Under the pieces are notes generated by a model that saw nothing but the letters and a program-made list of their open reading frames with translations, ran no database searches and was not told where the DNA came from. Below are positions 1 through 10,807 of a DNA stretch of 64,000 nucleotides, piece after piece. Within the stretch, counting starts at the first letter, position 1. The number at the start of each line of letters is the position of its first letter. Source of the DNA: a virus; IMG/VR virus record IMGVR_UViG_3300042509_001467, positions 1-64,000 of that record; one strand, 5' to 3'. The position numbers were made by a program, and so were the translations under genes.

Positions 1-26
1 CAGAACTCACGGCACTAGAGCGTCAG

Positions 27-1493
27 ATGCAATCCGAACTTGGCATGATGGACGATCAGGCTAGTCAGGAGCAACTTCAGGGCAAATACAAGCTCCAAGA
101 CATTGAGAAGTTCATGGGTCGCGCTGAGTATTACGACAAGGGCTTTAAGGGCGTTGATAAGGTTCGCGCTGATAAGAAGGAAGAGGCGAAGGTTAAGGCT
201 GAAAAACTTGCTGAAGGTCGCTTAGGCAACATTGGCGAAGCGATCATGAAGGCTAAAAACCCTGCCGAAGCCGAGTCATGGATTGGCAAATACAACGACG
301 AGGCGATTAAGCAAGGTAAGCCACCGATTGACGACGCACAGCGGTTTGTCATCATGGAGTCTGTCAATCAAAAGACTCTTGCTGATGCGAAAGAGATTGC
401 GTACTTCAAAGCCGCTTACGACCCGATTGATAAGACAATCAAGAGGTATGCAGGTGCAAAAATGCCGCCAGAAGTAGTTGCTGAATTGCAGACTAGAATC
501 AATGAGCTTAACGCATGGGGCGCACCTCGGGGCTTGACCCTGCCATCTATTGATCCAAACGCTACTCCCGAATGGGAAATGAAAACAGAGAAGGCGTTGC
601 GAGAAGCTAAGATGTGGGACGTTGACTTTGAGAACAAGAAGCAAGAAGGCATCAACAAAAAACTTACAGCCCAAAAAACTCGCGTTGACATTGAAGCCGT
701 AAACCAAAAGATCAGGCAAGGTAAAGCCACACCTGGAGACTTAATCTACAAGAGTTTTCTTCAGGGCGAACCCGTATCTCCAGAGGAAGTTAAAACCTAC
801 CTTAAAGATAAGGCTAAGGTGCTTGACAATAGCTTTGAAACGGCTGGCTCTACCGATCCTAACTGGAGAGCAAAAGCGGTTGTCAACATCCGCACTCAGC
901 TTGACGAAATGGCAGGTTTTCTTGGTCCAGACCATCCAGCAGTAAAGCAAGCGTTTTCGCGCTCTAAGGCTCAGGGCTACCTTGATCCAAAGTACAAGGA
1001 CATGGATCACGCGGCTTTTTCAAAGCACTGGAAAACAGGTAAAGCCATTTTCGATCAGTACGGTCAAAAAAAAAAGTCAGCCCCTGAGCCCGTAAGCAGT
1101 TTGTTTATGCCATTGAAAGGCAGAAGAAGCTCAGGGTTTGGACCACGAACGCACCCTGTCACGGGAGAAAAAGGCAAGATGCACTACGGCGTAGATATTG
1201 CTTCGCCTGGTGGCTCCAAAATCTATTCCGCTGGTGGCGGCGTTGTATCCCGCGTAGGGTTTGACAAAAACGGCTACGGTAACTGGATAGAAATCACTCA
1301 CCCTGATGGTCGCAGAACTCGCTACGGTCACATGAAGTCACCTAGTAAACTAAAGGTGGGTCAAGAAGTAGGGCGCGATACCATCATTGGATACGTCGGT
1401 TCTACTGGAAGATCAACTGGAAACCACTTGCACTTTGAAGTCCGCGACAAAAACGGCAACCCTCTAAACCCTGAGAAGGAAATCCAACGATGA
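27..1493 (+). CDS. Internal virion/ejection protein with C-terminal M23 (LytM-type) peptidase; probably 5'-truncated by the window edge
   Basis: C-terminal HYGVD, YGHM and HLHFEV zinc motifs of M23 peptidases; helical N-terminal part; frame is open back to base 3; lies immediately before the giant ejection protein. Confidence 0.85.
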   Translation: MQSELGMMDDQASQEQLQGKYKLQDIEKFMGRAEYYDKGFKGVDKVRADKKEEAKVKAEKLAEGRLGNIGEAIMKAKNPAEAESWIGKYNDEAIKQGKPPIDDAQRFVIMESVNQKTLADAKEIAYFKAAYDPIDKTIKRYAGAKMPPEVVAELQTRINELNAWGAPRGLTLPSIDPNATPEWEMKTEKALREAKMWDVDFENKKQEGINKKLTAQKTRVDIEAVNQKIRQGKATPGDLIYKSFLQGEPVSPEEVKTYLKDKAKVLDNSFETAGSTDPNWRAKAVVNIRTQLDEMAGFLGPDHPAVKQAFSRSKAQGYLDPKYKDMDHAAFSKHWKTGKAIFDQYGQKKKSAPEPVSSLFMPLKGRRSSGFGPRTHPVTGEKGKMHYGVDIASPGGSKIYSAGGGVVSRVGFDKNGYGNWIEITHPDGRRTRYGHMKSPSKLKVGQEVGRDTIIGYVGSTGRSTGNHLHFEVRDKNGNPLNPEKEIQR

Positions 1494-4400
1494 GTCAAAC
1501 CCCATTTGAAAAGACGTTCGGGCTAAACGTGCCTAAAGTGAAAGAGGTTAAGCCAACCGCGCCTACCACAAAGCCAAAAGCGCAAGACGATGGGTTTAAG
1601 AAGCTGCTCAAAAAGAATGAGGCTGATAAGAAGAAAGGCGAGGCTACGTTACCTAAGAGCAAGGATGTTAGACCTAGCCGTAAGGATTTTCAAGACTCCA
1701 CGCCCCAAATGAAGGCGTCTAACAATCGCGGATCAAAAACTCCTGCGGTTGATATGCTTAAACAAGTAAATAGCACAGGAGCGGTTAACCCAAGTAGCTT
1801 TGCCGATACATTCACGGGCAGAAACATTCGGTTTGGTCAGCCTATTACTCCTGAATCCGGGTGGACGCTAAACCGCCAAATTGCAGAAGGTGGCAGAAGC
1901 ACCATCGAAGCAGAAATGCACTCCTGGGACATTAAAAACTTTGGCGTAGCTACGTTTGGTGACGTAAACAACGTACCAAAAGACAAACGGGCATTGTGGC
2001 AAGCACGGCAAGCGCACCAAGCGAGAGCGCAGCGCATTTTGGACGGTGGGGTTGATCCTGCTCCTGTACGCGACCCTGCTAACTACCCTGGAATTGACGA
2101 AACCCTTTTAAGTTCACTTTCTGCCAAGCCACCGATGTCATACGCAGACACCGCACGGGCAACGGTGAAGGCTCAACAAGAAGCGCAAAGATATTTACAG
2201 TCTGATGCGGAAACGCGATCTAACCAAGACCTTGTAAAACTGTTTGGGGATAGGTCAAGACGTGGGTCAACTTTCGATCCAAGAGTAGACGCAGGTACTA
2301 GACGCCAAATTGGAAGTAATCAAATGGATGCGGTTGCTAGTCCATTTGAAGCTGAAAACAACGATCCAATCTCTCGCGCTATAGGTATGGCTGGCGTTCA
2401 ATCAGTTAGCCCACTTACAGGACTTACTATGAGCATTGCCAACGCTGGTGATGTGCTTGCCGGGCGTGAACCACGGGGAACGAGAGATATTGCGTCCTTT
2501 TTAGCTAAAACAACTCCTGGCATCGAAGGCATGAGCGACGCGGAGCTTTACGGACGTGCGGCGGCTTCTCCACTTACGCGATTCTTCCAAGAACCCGTAT
2601 CGTTTGCTCGTGCTGGAACTGGCGATACAAGAATGTCCGACGAGCTTTCAGGGCTTGGCGCGGGTGCAGAGTTCATTGGCAACATCATCCCGCAAATGGC
2701 GGCTGGGGCGGCAACGGGCGGTGCTTCACTTGCTGGAAAGGTTGCGGCTGGAGTTTCGCTGGACTTGATCCCGATTGCTCAGATGGTTCAGGACATGGGC
2801 GGCATTGAAAACCTTCCAGCCATGGGTCAGCAGCTTGTCGAAACAGCTTTTAATCCTAACGCTCCCGAAGGTGCAAGGGTTAACGCTATCGCCACGCTTG
2901 GGATGCTTGGTATTGGGGCTACCGCTGGTGGTGTCGCTGGTGCAAAGAAACTCGCAGGGGGCGGCAAGAGCGTTCCTGCTCCAAGGGTTGCGGACGTACA
3001 ACCATCACCAATTGCCGAGATTATCAATCAACGGGCGACTTCAAAGGCTAATGAAAACTTACCGACGCCAACGTTCCGCAAACCACGCGCTACAGCAAGC
3101 GAAAGCGTTCCTGTTCCAACATTCCGCAAGCCACGACCACGCATTGATTTAGGTGATGCGGATGTTATCCCAACACCAGCAAAGCCGCAACCTAAAAAGA
3201 AGGGTAGTAAAGCAACCGCGCCTAAGAAAGAACTTTGGCAAATGACGCGAGACGAGGCGTATGGTGATGCGACAAGGGGCAACCCGGAAGCAATGGAAAA
3301 GGCTTACATTGAGCATAAAAACGCAGTTGTTGAAGCCATCCGTGAAGGTAAACCCGTGCCGAAGGAAGTTTTACGGCAATACGCTGGGCTTGCTCCCCAT
3401 CTTTTAACTAAAGCTGAATGGGCAGAATCAGACCGCATGGGATACACCGATTACGCATCCATCACCCCGCATAAAACTTGGGTTGAGAAAGCATTAAAAG
3501 CGGGTAAAGAAGTGCCGCCTGACGTGTTAGCCGACTACCCTGATCTTGCGGCTAAATATGCAACGCAGCCGCCAGCAGAAACCCCCCAACCACGCGCTCA
3601 GTTTAGCGATGCGGATGTTTTACCGACGTCAACCCGAACACAGGCTAGAAGGGGCGTAGAACAGCCGGAAACGCCAAAGGTTGAGCCAGATTCTTCTCCT
3701 GATTACTACCACGGGACAAGAGCAACGTTTGATAATTTCAATGATGATTGGACATGGTTTGCCCCTGATGAAAAGGCGGCAGAGCATTACGCTGGTAAAA
3801 CTGGAACAGTTAAAAAAGCTAAATTAAAATTTGACAACCCGTTTGTAATGGAAGACCCAAGGGCGCACAGGGCCGCGCTAAGAAATGCGCTGGATGAAGG
3901 GTTCAAAACCCTTGAAGACTGGGCTGATTCAAAGGGTTACGACGCGCTTATCATGAAAAATGTAGACCCTTTAACAAAAGGTGATTACGTGGTGGTAAGA
4001 GGGTCAAAAAATATCATAACGGATGCGCCTAAACCCCAGCCCCAATCGTTCGGTGATGCGGACGTATTACCAAAGCCACGCGCACAGAAGAGTGAGGCGA
4101 AGGTTAAGCTAAGCAAGGCTAAACCTGTACTCGAAGAAGGGCAAGGTGGCGTCCCATACTTCCAAAAGCTCGGGGCAATGGACGCCGCTGATCCAGCAAG
4201 AAAGCGGATGCGCGCAGTCCCAAACAACTACAAATTGGCGTATTCCCGAGCATGGTGGGACGCAAAGCGGTCATTGCGGGAATCCGCTCAACCAGCACCT
4301 AAACCAACCCAAACCCGCGCATCCTTCACGCCAAAAGAGGCAACGGAATACGCTTCTGGTGAGGCTCCTAACTTGGTGGGGATGGCGAAGGGCGAGCTTC

Positions 4401-7400
4401 CGGTTGAGGCGGTGAAGGCTCCTAAAAGCCCATTCCCTGCACCTGCTAGGGCAAAAGGTCTTGGGTTAAACGCTACGGTGATTTACCCTGCTAAAGTTGG
4501 CGGGAAGTTCTCTGACCCAGAAATCGCTAACATTAAAGCATGGGCAAAGGATAACGGGCAGATGGTTACGTCCGCGTCTCCAACCAAGATTGTGTTTAAC
4601 GGCGACGTTGGCGATTCTCGAAAGATTGCCGCAATGGTCGCTGAGGCAAAGCCGCCTACAAAAGCTCAAGTTGCAAACGCAGAAAAGATGAAGGCTTACA
4701 AAGAAGGCATTGCCACGAGAGCCAAGGAAAACGAAGCCGTAATCCAATCCGATGCCGGGAAATGGGTTGAAGACAACTTTGACGAAGGCTTTGCAAACCT
4801 TTTTAACAAAGCCGCGCTGGTTAAATTTCTAAATGGAGAAACGCCAAAGTTTGAAGGGCTTGCAGATTCAAAGTGGGCTGATAGCGTACAAAGACTTGGC
4901 GCGGTCAAAGATGGTCGTGTAGATTTTGACAAACTCAAATCTGAGTATCAGAAATCCAAACCCCCCCAAGAACCACCCGCCGCACCATCAAAGGGCGTCG
5001 AGGCTAAGGGGAAAGAGCCGTGGGAGATGACGCGGGAAGATTTCAAGAAGTCTCCTGCTACTTTTAGCCATGCACAGCCAAATTCAGATTGGGCGTCTAA
5101 TGCCGAAGCAAATGGACTACGGCTTACTGACACGCTTAAAAAGCATTTGCGACCTGACAATGAAACCGCTCTCAACGATGTTCCCGATACAGCATGGGTT
5201 TTACGAGGTGGCGACAACCCTTACGGGAAAAACCTTGCTTTGTTTGATGGGGCTAACGCAAAAATTTTAGTTGAGGGGACAAAAGAGTTTCGAGAAATTT
5301 CAAAAGGATTGCGACCTGCGGCAATTAGAAACCAGACAGCCGCACCTGATATTGTTGCTAGGGCAAAAGCGCGAGGGTATGACGCTGTTGAGTTTAAGGG
5401 TTCAAACATTGGAACTGTTGTCATCAATAACAAAAAGTTTGTATCGCACCGCGCCGCAGTCGAAGCCGCCCTCAAGGAAGGCAAGCCCGTACCCGCCGAG
5501 GTTCTTGCCGATTACCCTGATTTGGTGGCTAAGGTAAAGCCCAAAGAATTACCGGGGGATGTTGCGCCGGAAGCAAGCCCGGTTAAGGCTATTCGGGACG
5601 CGCACGTTATCCCAGATAAGACAGATCGTATTCCAATGCCTGATGCTTGGAAGGGAGAGAAGGTAAGTAATGTTTCAGGACTTCGCCCTAGCCAAGCCAA
5701 GTTCTTGGGCGATGAAATGTTAAAAAGCGTTGAAGATGGTTCCGTTGGCTCAAATAGAAAAGGCGGGATCATTGGCAAGCGGTTTAAGGAAACCGTAGAA
5801 ATCAAGGTTCCTGGTGATGGCACTTGGAAGTTTGCACAAGGCGCAACTGCTGATGAAATCTTTAAGCGTATTGGCTATGATCCTGATACTGCAACGACTA
5901 AAGCCCCAAGCCGCGCAGGACTAGGCGACCCATACTCGTTCAAGATTACGGGCAAGGAAGAAACAGGCAGCACCTTTACGACTAAGGAGCTTGAAGACTA
6001 TACAACGGGGCGCGTAAAAAAAGCGGTTGCAAAGTCTATAGCCGAAGGTGAAAACCCAGATTATTTAGACACTCAGTCTTTAAGTCTTTTTGAACCAGCA
6101 TTGCAAAAAGCGCAAGATCGCGTGGATATGCTGAACACGCGGGTCAATAAATTAAACGATCAACTTAGATCAAGGGGCTACGGTAAACAGGCAAAGGAAA
6201 TGACCAAAGTTGATCTTGCCGATACCGAAGCAGAATTGCTAAAGGCTAAGGGCGCAAGAGACACCGTAAAGCAATCGGCAATAAAAAATGCAGTTGCTTA
6301 TGCCAACAAGGAATTCCCTACCGCCGAATACGTTCAAGGCCCATTCCCGCGATCTTCCGATAATCAGCCAATAGCAGAAACTAAAAGCAAGGCTACATAC
6401 GAAATTACCAACTTAGAAAGCCTCTCGCGTGGCGTTGGAGCTAAGTACATCGTCGGGGTTGAGTCCCCTGACGGTAAATCTCTTGTTGCTTACAAGTGGT
6501 CGCGCTCGGCTGATGCAGAATTGAAATCAGGTCAAGTTATGGTTGACCTAAACGGCGTAGAGGTTAAGCGATACACCCCAACCGCACGTCAAGCCAAAGG
6601 CGCAAAACTTAAAGAGACATTCCAGAAGTTCACCGACGAAGACGTTATCATCGGCATCAACCAAAAGAAAAACCGCGCATCAGTCGCACGTATCAACCCC
6701 GAGAAAGTGAAGCTATTGCGTCAGCTTGCAAAGGACGCGGCAGAGTACGGGATTGCAACGCTTGACGAGTTCGTGGATTACGTCGGCGGCATGGTGGATA
6801 GCGCGTCGGATCAAACCAAGAAGATATTTAAGGTCGCGGCAAAGCAGGTTTGGGAGGCTGAGAAGGGTAAGGCGGCTCCGGTTGCTGAGGCTACAAGCCC
6901 TAAAGGGGCTACCGGGCTTGCCAACCGGGTAAATGATGCTGAGGCTGCTACAGGATCACTCAGCGCGTCACCTAAAGGCAAAGGGGTTAAGAAAGGCACT
7001 GGTCAGGCTGAAGGCAAAAGGCAAGTGCAAACCGGAGAAGTAAACCCGTCGGTGGTTGCTAACGACATAGCCCAAAAGCAACGTGCGTTTGCTAACGAAG
7101 TTGAGGTTGGCGTTCTCATGGAAGGGAAGCGGCAACTGGTTAATGCCCGTGATTCCGCTCGTGCGGCATGGGATAAAGCTATTGATAGTAAAGGCGACAC
7201 AACCTTTGCCAAACAAGAGTTTGATAAGGCTCAGGCAGAGCTTGATGACTTTGTAGGCAAGGTGCAGACAGCCAAGACCAAGACCTCAGATGCGTTTAGA
7301 GCGTTGCAGGAAGGCACTCGGCTAGAGGATGGATCGTTTGACGACATTCTTGACCACTACGCCCGGAAGAACAACAAGAAGCGCAGCGACCTAGACCTGA

Positions 7401-10087
7401 ATTCCAAGGACTTGGTTGAGCTTAAAAAGGCTGTAGAGGCTCGGGATTCTACAATCAAAAAACTTGAAGAAATGATTGCAAAGAAGGAGTCGGCTAAGGT
7501 TGAGTCTGGGCTTGCGATTGCTCGTGGTCAGGCGCGTAGTCGTGGACCTCGTACAAGAGAAGCTATTCGTACAGATATGGATGCGGCTAAGGCTAGGTTG
7601 AAAGAATCTGTCAAGAAGAGTTTAATAGCTGATTCAAGCGTTGCTGGTTCAGGTTTTGGTGCGCTTGGAGGCAACTTCCAGGCACTAGCAAAGAACGCTC
7701 CAGAAGTGGTAAAGGCAATTAAGGACATTGTGGTTCTGACTATTGAAGACCTAAACGTTCAGAGGCTAGACAAGACGTTTTATGATGCCGTCCGCAAAGA
7801 GTCTGAAATGGATTTGTCAGATTCTGACATTCGACAGGTAATGGCTGGATTCTACAATCCAAACCCGGCTCCAATAACGGAACTGAAAAAACGAATTAAC
7901 TCCCTTAAAACCCAGGCGCGAATCCTAGAGGAAATCAAGGGCGTTAAAGATGGAACGCCGATTGAAAAGTCTGTTAGCAGAACCAAGCCAGACGCGGAAA
8001 TCCAAAAACTCAAAAAGCAACTAAGCGATTTGACAAAACCTGAGCGTGAAGCAAAGGCAAAGCAAGCGACGGTTGCGCGGCGCATCGCCAAGCTGAACAA
8101 GGAAATTTCGCTCATTAAAAATGGTGGGACAATCACCCGTAAAACTCCTGGTGCAGTAGACCCACGGGTTGCCAAACTGCAAGCCGAACGCGCAAGGTTG
8201 GTAAAGATACGCGATCTAAAAGCAGAAATCAAGGCGCGTGAGGCTGGCACGTTTAAGAGCAAGCCTAATCTATCCACTCCTGTCACTGACGTTGAAATCA
8301 ATACGCTTCAAAAACGGATTAGCGAATTAAGAGCGGTAGAGACTGATGCAAAAAGACGCGCAATGCTCACGGCAAAAATTAAAGAGCTGCAGGGCATGAA
8401 GCAAAGCGGGGCGAAAAGAACGTCGCAACCGCGCAAGCCATTTACAAACCTTGATCTTCGCGCAATTAAAGATTCTTTGGTTAAAGACCTTGCACTTAGA
8501 GATACCATCACAGACCTAGAAAGTCAACTGGCGTCGGGCAACTTCGCGGTAAAGCCGCCGAAAGAAGTACGGGAATTGACCATTGAGCAAGCCAAGCTTC
8601 AGAAGCGAGTGGACGATTTGCGTAAACGAATCAAGATGATGGTCAAGCTCAATGAGCCTAAAACTCCTGCCGATAAACTTGCTGACTTTGTTGGAGCAAG
8701 CGTTCTGTCAAACCCAGTAGCCCGTGCCTTTGACCTTGCCGCTAACACCGTCAAGCTAGGGTCGTATCTTGCCACAAACGGGCTTCGAGTGCCTATGCAC
8801 GTTGCTATGGATCGCTTATTCCTAAAAGGCGTCTCTGGAGGCGGCGAGAGGTTAATCACAATCCGCAAGCTTAGAAGAGCAATGGAAGGCTATGGCGCAA
8901 CTGTTAGAGAGGAATCAAGCCAGAACATGAAGGGCATGGACCCTGATAGCGCATCAAAGTACGGACGTGGTTCGTTTGTAGCCCGTGCTACAGGGATGAC
9001 TGATATTCCGTTCAAAGAGTTTTACAACCGCCTTGCCTTAGACGATATGGCGTCTGCGATTGCAGAAAAGGAGCTTGGCAGACGCGCTCCAAAGGCAGAC
9101 CTAGACTACCGAATCAGGGAGCTAATCCAAAATCCTACGGATGAGATGGTAGCCGTTGCACACGATTGGGCTTTGCGGCAGACGTTCAACATTGATAACG
9201 TGTTTGGAAAGTTGCAACGAAACATTGTCACTTCGCTTGAAGAGCTTGGCAGGGCGGGCGGTGGCGAGGCTGGAAAAGCGTATGGCAAAGTTGCAGGAAT
9301 TATTTTAGAAACGCCTTTCAGGTTTTCTAAAGTGATTGGAAACGTTGCTTTAGATAGGTTGAACAGCAACCCGGTAGCCGCCGCTGTTGAATCTAGTATG
9401 AGGCTTGCTTCAATGGGAAAATATGGTTATTCTCCAAAACAAGCTCGTCTGATTGCTGATATTGCGGCAAAGGGATTAACGGGCATGGCTCTTACTTATG
9501 CTGGTCAATATGCTTATGAAAACGGAGCTTACGATCCTGAGTTAATCAAAACCGAAGGCGGGACGATGTTCTTTGACTTTGGCAAGATTGCTCAGATTGG
9601 AGGTCCACTGGCTCCATTTATGTTCGGGGCGGCAATGCGAAAGATTGAAGACCTTGACTTGACAGAAAAGCAAAAGTCCGCACTACGATTCAAGATGACG
9701 GTTGACATTTTAGCCGATCAACCTACGTTTTCGGGGGCTAAACGTGTTTCGCAAGCATTGGAAGGCGAAAAGGGAGCGGAGAAATTTGCGGGGCAAGTAA
9801 GTTCTACCCTTGTACCGTTCTCTGGGTTCCTTGGAGAATGGGCTAGGCAGCAAGACTCTTACAAGACAAAGCAGGAATACCAAAAAGAGCGGCGCGTAAA
9901 ATCTGATAGCTTTACCGACGAGTTCAAAAAGAAAATTCCGTGGCTTCGTGAGACATTGCCTGATGCAAAGTTTACTAAGGTAGGCAAAAGCGGTAAGTCG
10001 TCTAGCCAATCTGCATCACCAACGCCCACCGACTTCTCTAACATGACCAACGAGGAACTCATGCGGATGTCTGGCGGCACGAACTGA
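1490..10087 (+). CDS. Giant (2865 aa) polyvalent internal virion/ejection protein with ADP-ribosyltransferase-like domain(s)
   Basis: YYHGT...WF...A..YA...KLKFDNPF...GYDALI ART-like domain (~3704-4018); three W(E/Q)MT...H..V..A..GK.VP..VL..Y modules; long coiled coils; N-terminus similar to 43785..48893. Confidence 0.75.
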   Translation: MSQTPFEKTFGLNVPKVKEVKPTAPTTKPKAQDDGFKKLLKKNEADKKKGEATLPKSKDVRPSRKDFQDSTPQMKASNNRGSKTPAVDMLKQVNSTGAVNPSSFADTFTGRNIRFGQPITPESGWTLNRQIAEGGRSTIEAEMHSWDIKNFGVATFGDVNNVPKDKRALWQARQAHQARAQRILDGGVDPAPVRDPANYPGIDETLLSSLSAKPPMSYADTARATVKAQQEAQRYLQSDAETRSNQDLVKLFGDRSRRGSTFDPRVDAGTRRQIGSNQMDAVASPFEAENNDPISRAIGMAGVQSVSPLTGLTMSIANAGDVLAGREPRGTRDIASFLAKTTPGIEGMSDAELYGRAAASPLTRFFQEPVSFARAGTGDTRMSDELSGLGAGAEFIGNIIPQMAAGAATGGASLAGKVAAGVSLDLIPIAQMVQDMGGIENLPAMGQQLVETAFNPNAPEGARVNAIATLGMLGIGATAGGVAGAKKLAGGGKSVPAPRVADVQPSPIAEIINQRATSKANENLPTPTFRKPRATASESVPVPTFRKPRPRIDLGDADVIPTPAKPQPKKKGSKATAPKKELWQMTRDEAYGDATRGNPEAMEKAYIEHKNAVVEAIREGKPVPKEVLRQYAGLAPHLLTKAEWAESDRMGYTDYASITPHKTWVEKALKAGKEVPPDVLADYPDLAAKYATQPPAETPQPRAQFSDADVLPTSTRTQARRGVEQPETPKVEPDSSPDYYHGTRATFDNFNDDWTWFAPDEKAAEHYAGKTGTVKKAKLKFDNPFVMEDPRAHRAALRNALDEGFKTLEDWADSKGYDALIMKNVDPLTKGDYVVVRGSKNIITDAPKPQPQSFGDADVLPKPRAQKSEAKVKLSKAKPVLEEGQGGVPYFQKLGAMDAADPARKRMRAVPNNYKLAYSRAWWDAKRSLRESAQPAPKPTQTRASFTPKEATEYASGEAPNLVGMAKGELPVEAVKAPKSPFPAPARAKGLGLNATVIYPAKVGGKFSDPEIANIKAWAKDNGQMVTSASPTKIVFNGDVGDSRKIAAMVAEAKPPTKAQVANAEKMKAYKEGIATRAKENEAVIQSDAGKWVEDNFDEGFANLFNKAALVKFLNGETPKFEGLADSKWADSVQRLGAVKDGRVDFDKLKSEYQKSKPPQEPPAAPSKGVEAKGKEPWEMTREDFKKSPATFSHAQPNSDWASNAEANGLRLTDTLKKHLRPDNETALNDVPDTAWVLRGGDNPYGKNLALFDGANAKILVEGTKEFREISKGLRPAAIRNQTAAPDIVARAKARGYDAVEFKGSNIGTVVINNKKFVSHRAAVEAALKEGKPVPAEVLADYPDLVAKVKPKELPGDVAPEASPVKAIRDAHVIPDKTDRIPMPDAWKGEKVSNVSGLRPSQAKFLGDEMLKSVEDGSVGSNRKGGIIGKRFKETVEIKVPGDGTWKFAQGATADEIFKRIGYDPDTATTKAPSRAGLGDPYSFKITGKEETGSTFTTKELEDYTTGRVKKAVAKSIAEGENPDYLDTQSLSLFEPALQKAQDRVDMLNTRVNKLNDQLRSRGYGKQAKEMTKVDLADTEAELLKAKGARDTVKQSAIKNAVAYANKEFPTAEYVQGPFPRSSDNQPIAETKSKATYEITNLESLSRGVGAKYIVGVESPDGKSLVAYKWSRSADAELKSGQVMVDLNGVEVKRYTPTARQAKGAKLKETFQKFTDEDVIIGINQKKNRASVARINPEKVKLLRQLAKDAAEYGIATLDEFVDYVGGMVDSASDQTKKIFKVAAKQVWEAEKGKAAPVAEATSPKGATGLANRVNDAEAATGSLSASPKGKGVKKGTGQAEGKRQVQTGEVNPSVVANDIAQKQRAFANEVEVGVLMEGKRQLVNARDSARAAWDKAIDSKGDTTFAKQEFDKAQAELDDFVGKVQTAKTKTSDAFRALQEGTRLEDGSFDDILDHYARKNNKKRSDLDLNSKDLVELKKAVEARDSTIKKLEEMIAKKESAKVESGLAIARGQARSRGPRTREAIRTDMDAAKARLKESVKKSLIADSSVAGSGFGALGGNFQALAKNAPEVVKAIKDIVVLTIEDLNVQRLDKTFYDAVRKESEMDLSDSDIRQVMAGFYNPNPAPITELKKRINSLKTQARILEEIKGVKDGTPIEKSVSRTKPDAEIQKLKKQLSDLTKPEREAKAKQATVARRIAKLNKEISLIKNGGTITRKTPGAVDPRVAKLQAERARLVKIRDLKAEIKAREAGTFKSKPNLSTPVTDVEINTLQKRISELRAVETDAKRRAMLTAKIKELQGMKQSGAKRTSQPRKPFTNLDLRAIKDSLVKDLALRDTITDLESQLASGNFAVKPPKEVRELTIEQAKLQKRVDDLRKRIKMMVKLNEPKTPADKLADFVGASVLSNPVARAFDLAANTVKLGSYLATNGLRVPMHVAMDRLFLKGVSGGGERLITIRKLRRAMEGYGATVREESSQNMKGMDPDSASKYGRGSFVARATGMTDIPFKEFYNRLALDDMASAIAEKELGRRAPKADLDYRIRELIQNPTDEMVAVAHDWALRQTFNIDNVFGKLQRNIVTSLEELGRAGGGEAGKAYGKVAGIILETPFRFSKVIGNVALDRLNSNPVAAAVESSMRLASMGKYGYSPKQARLIADIAAKGLTGMALTYAGQYAYENGAYDPELIKTEGGTMFFDFGKIAQIGGPLAPFMFGAAMRKIEDLDLTEKQKSALRFKMTVDILADQPTFSGAKRVSQALEGEKGAEKFAGQVSSTLVPFSGFLGEWARQQDSYKTKQEYQKERRVKSDSFTDEFKKKIPWLRETLPDAKFTKVGKSGKSSSQSASPTPTDFSNMTNEELMRMSGGTN

Positions 10088-10124
10088 AAGAGACGAAATC
10101 GCGGTTAATCTTGTTAGGTTTATT

Positions 10125-10493
10125 ATGAGTTACATTGTTGACCGCGTTTTGCTTAACCCTACAGTTGTTGAAGCTCCTATTGATTCTAGCGATCCAGCAA
10201 ACCTTTGGAGCGGCGTATCAATCCCTGACGCGGCTTTGCGCGATTTGGTAGTGTACGTTCACAACCCAGCAGGATCGGGCGCAAACGTCTTTGTTTGTCT
10301 TGTTGCAAAGGGAACAGCCACAACCGCTTACGATATTAGTAGCGCGACAGGTCTTACGTTTCCCATCGCGCCAGGAGATACTATCCCAATCGGCATTAGA
10401 CGTGGTGCGGCAGAGATTTTCCTTGCTGGTGACGGGGCTGCTGTTGACACGCTTGTTACCATTGCATCCGTCACAGGGGTTCAGGCTTGCTAA
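10125..10493 (+). CDS. Putative small virion beta-rich protein
   Basis: Beta-rich, Ala/Gly/Thr-rich ORF in the late operon. Confidence 0.55.
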   Translation: MSYIVDRVLLNPTVVEAPIDSSDPANLWSGVSIPDAALRDLVVYVHNPAGSGANVFVCLVAKGTATTAYDISSATGLTFPIAPGDTIPIGIRRGAAEIFLAGDGAAVDTLVTIASVTGVQAC

Positions 10494-10807
10494 ATAATAG
10501 CCTTGGCTCCTCTATACGCAATCAATTAAAGCCGTCAACACTTACTTCGGTCACTGCTGACGGGGCGGCTATTAACGGACCATGTAGGCTTATCACCGTG
10601 GTTATTTCAGCCTCTGCTAGCGGATCGGTAGTTCTGTACGACAATACCGCCGCGTCTGGCACTAACCTATTTGGAACGCTTGCTATTTCTGGGGCGGGGA
10701 CAACAACCGTATCTATTCCTAACGGTGGCACGGTGGTTGCTAACGGGGTTTACGTTGACGTAACAGGTTCCATTACGAGCGTAACACTTGGCACGAGGGC
10801 ATTGTAA
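10487..10807 (+). CDS. Putative small virion protein (paralog of the C-terminal half of 49257..49895)
   Basis: Shares TADGA...CRL...LYDNTAASGTN...IP.GG..ANGV with 49257..49895; TTG start. Confidence 0.7.
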   Translation: MLNNSLGSSIRNQLKPSTLTSVTADGAAINGPCRLITVVISASASGSVVLYDNTAASGTNLFGTLAISGAGTTTVSIPNGGTVVANGVYVDVTGSITSVTLGTRAL

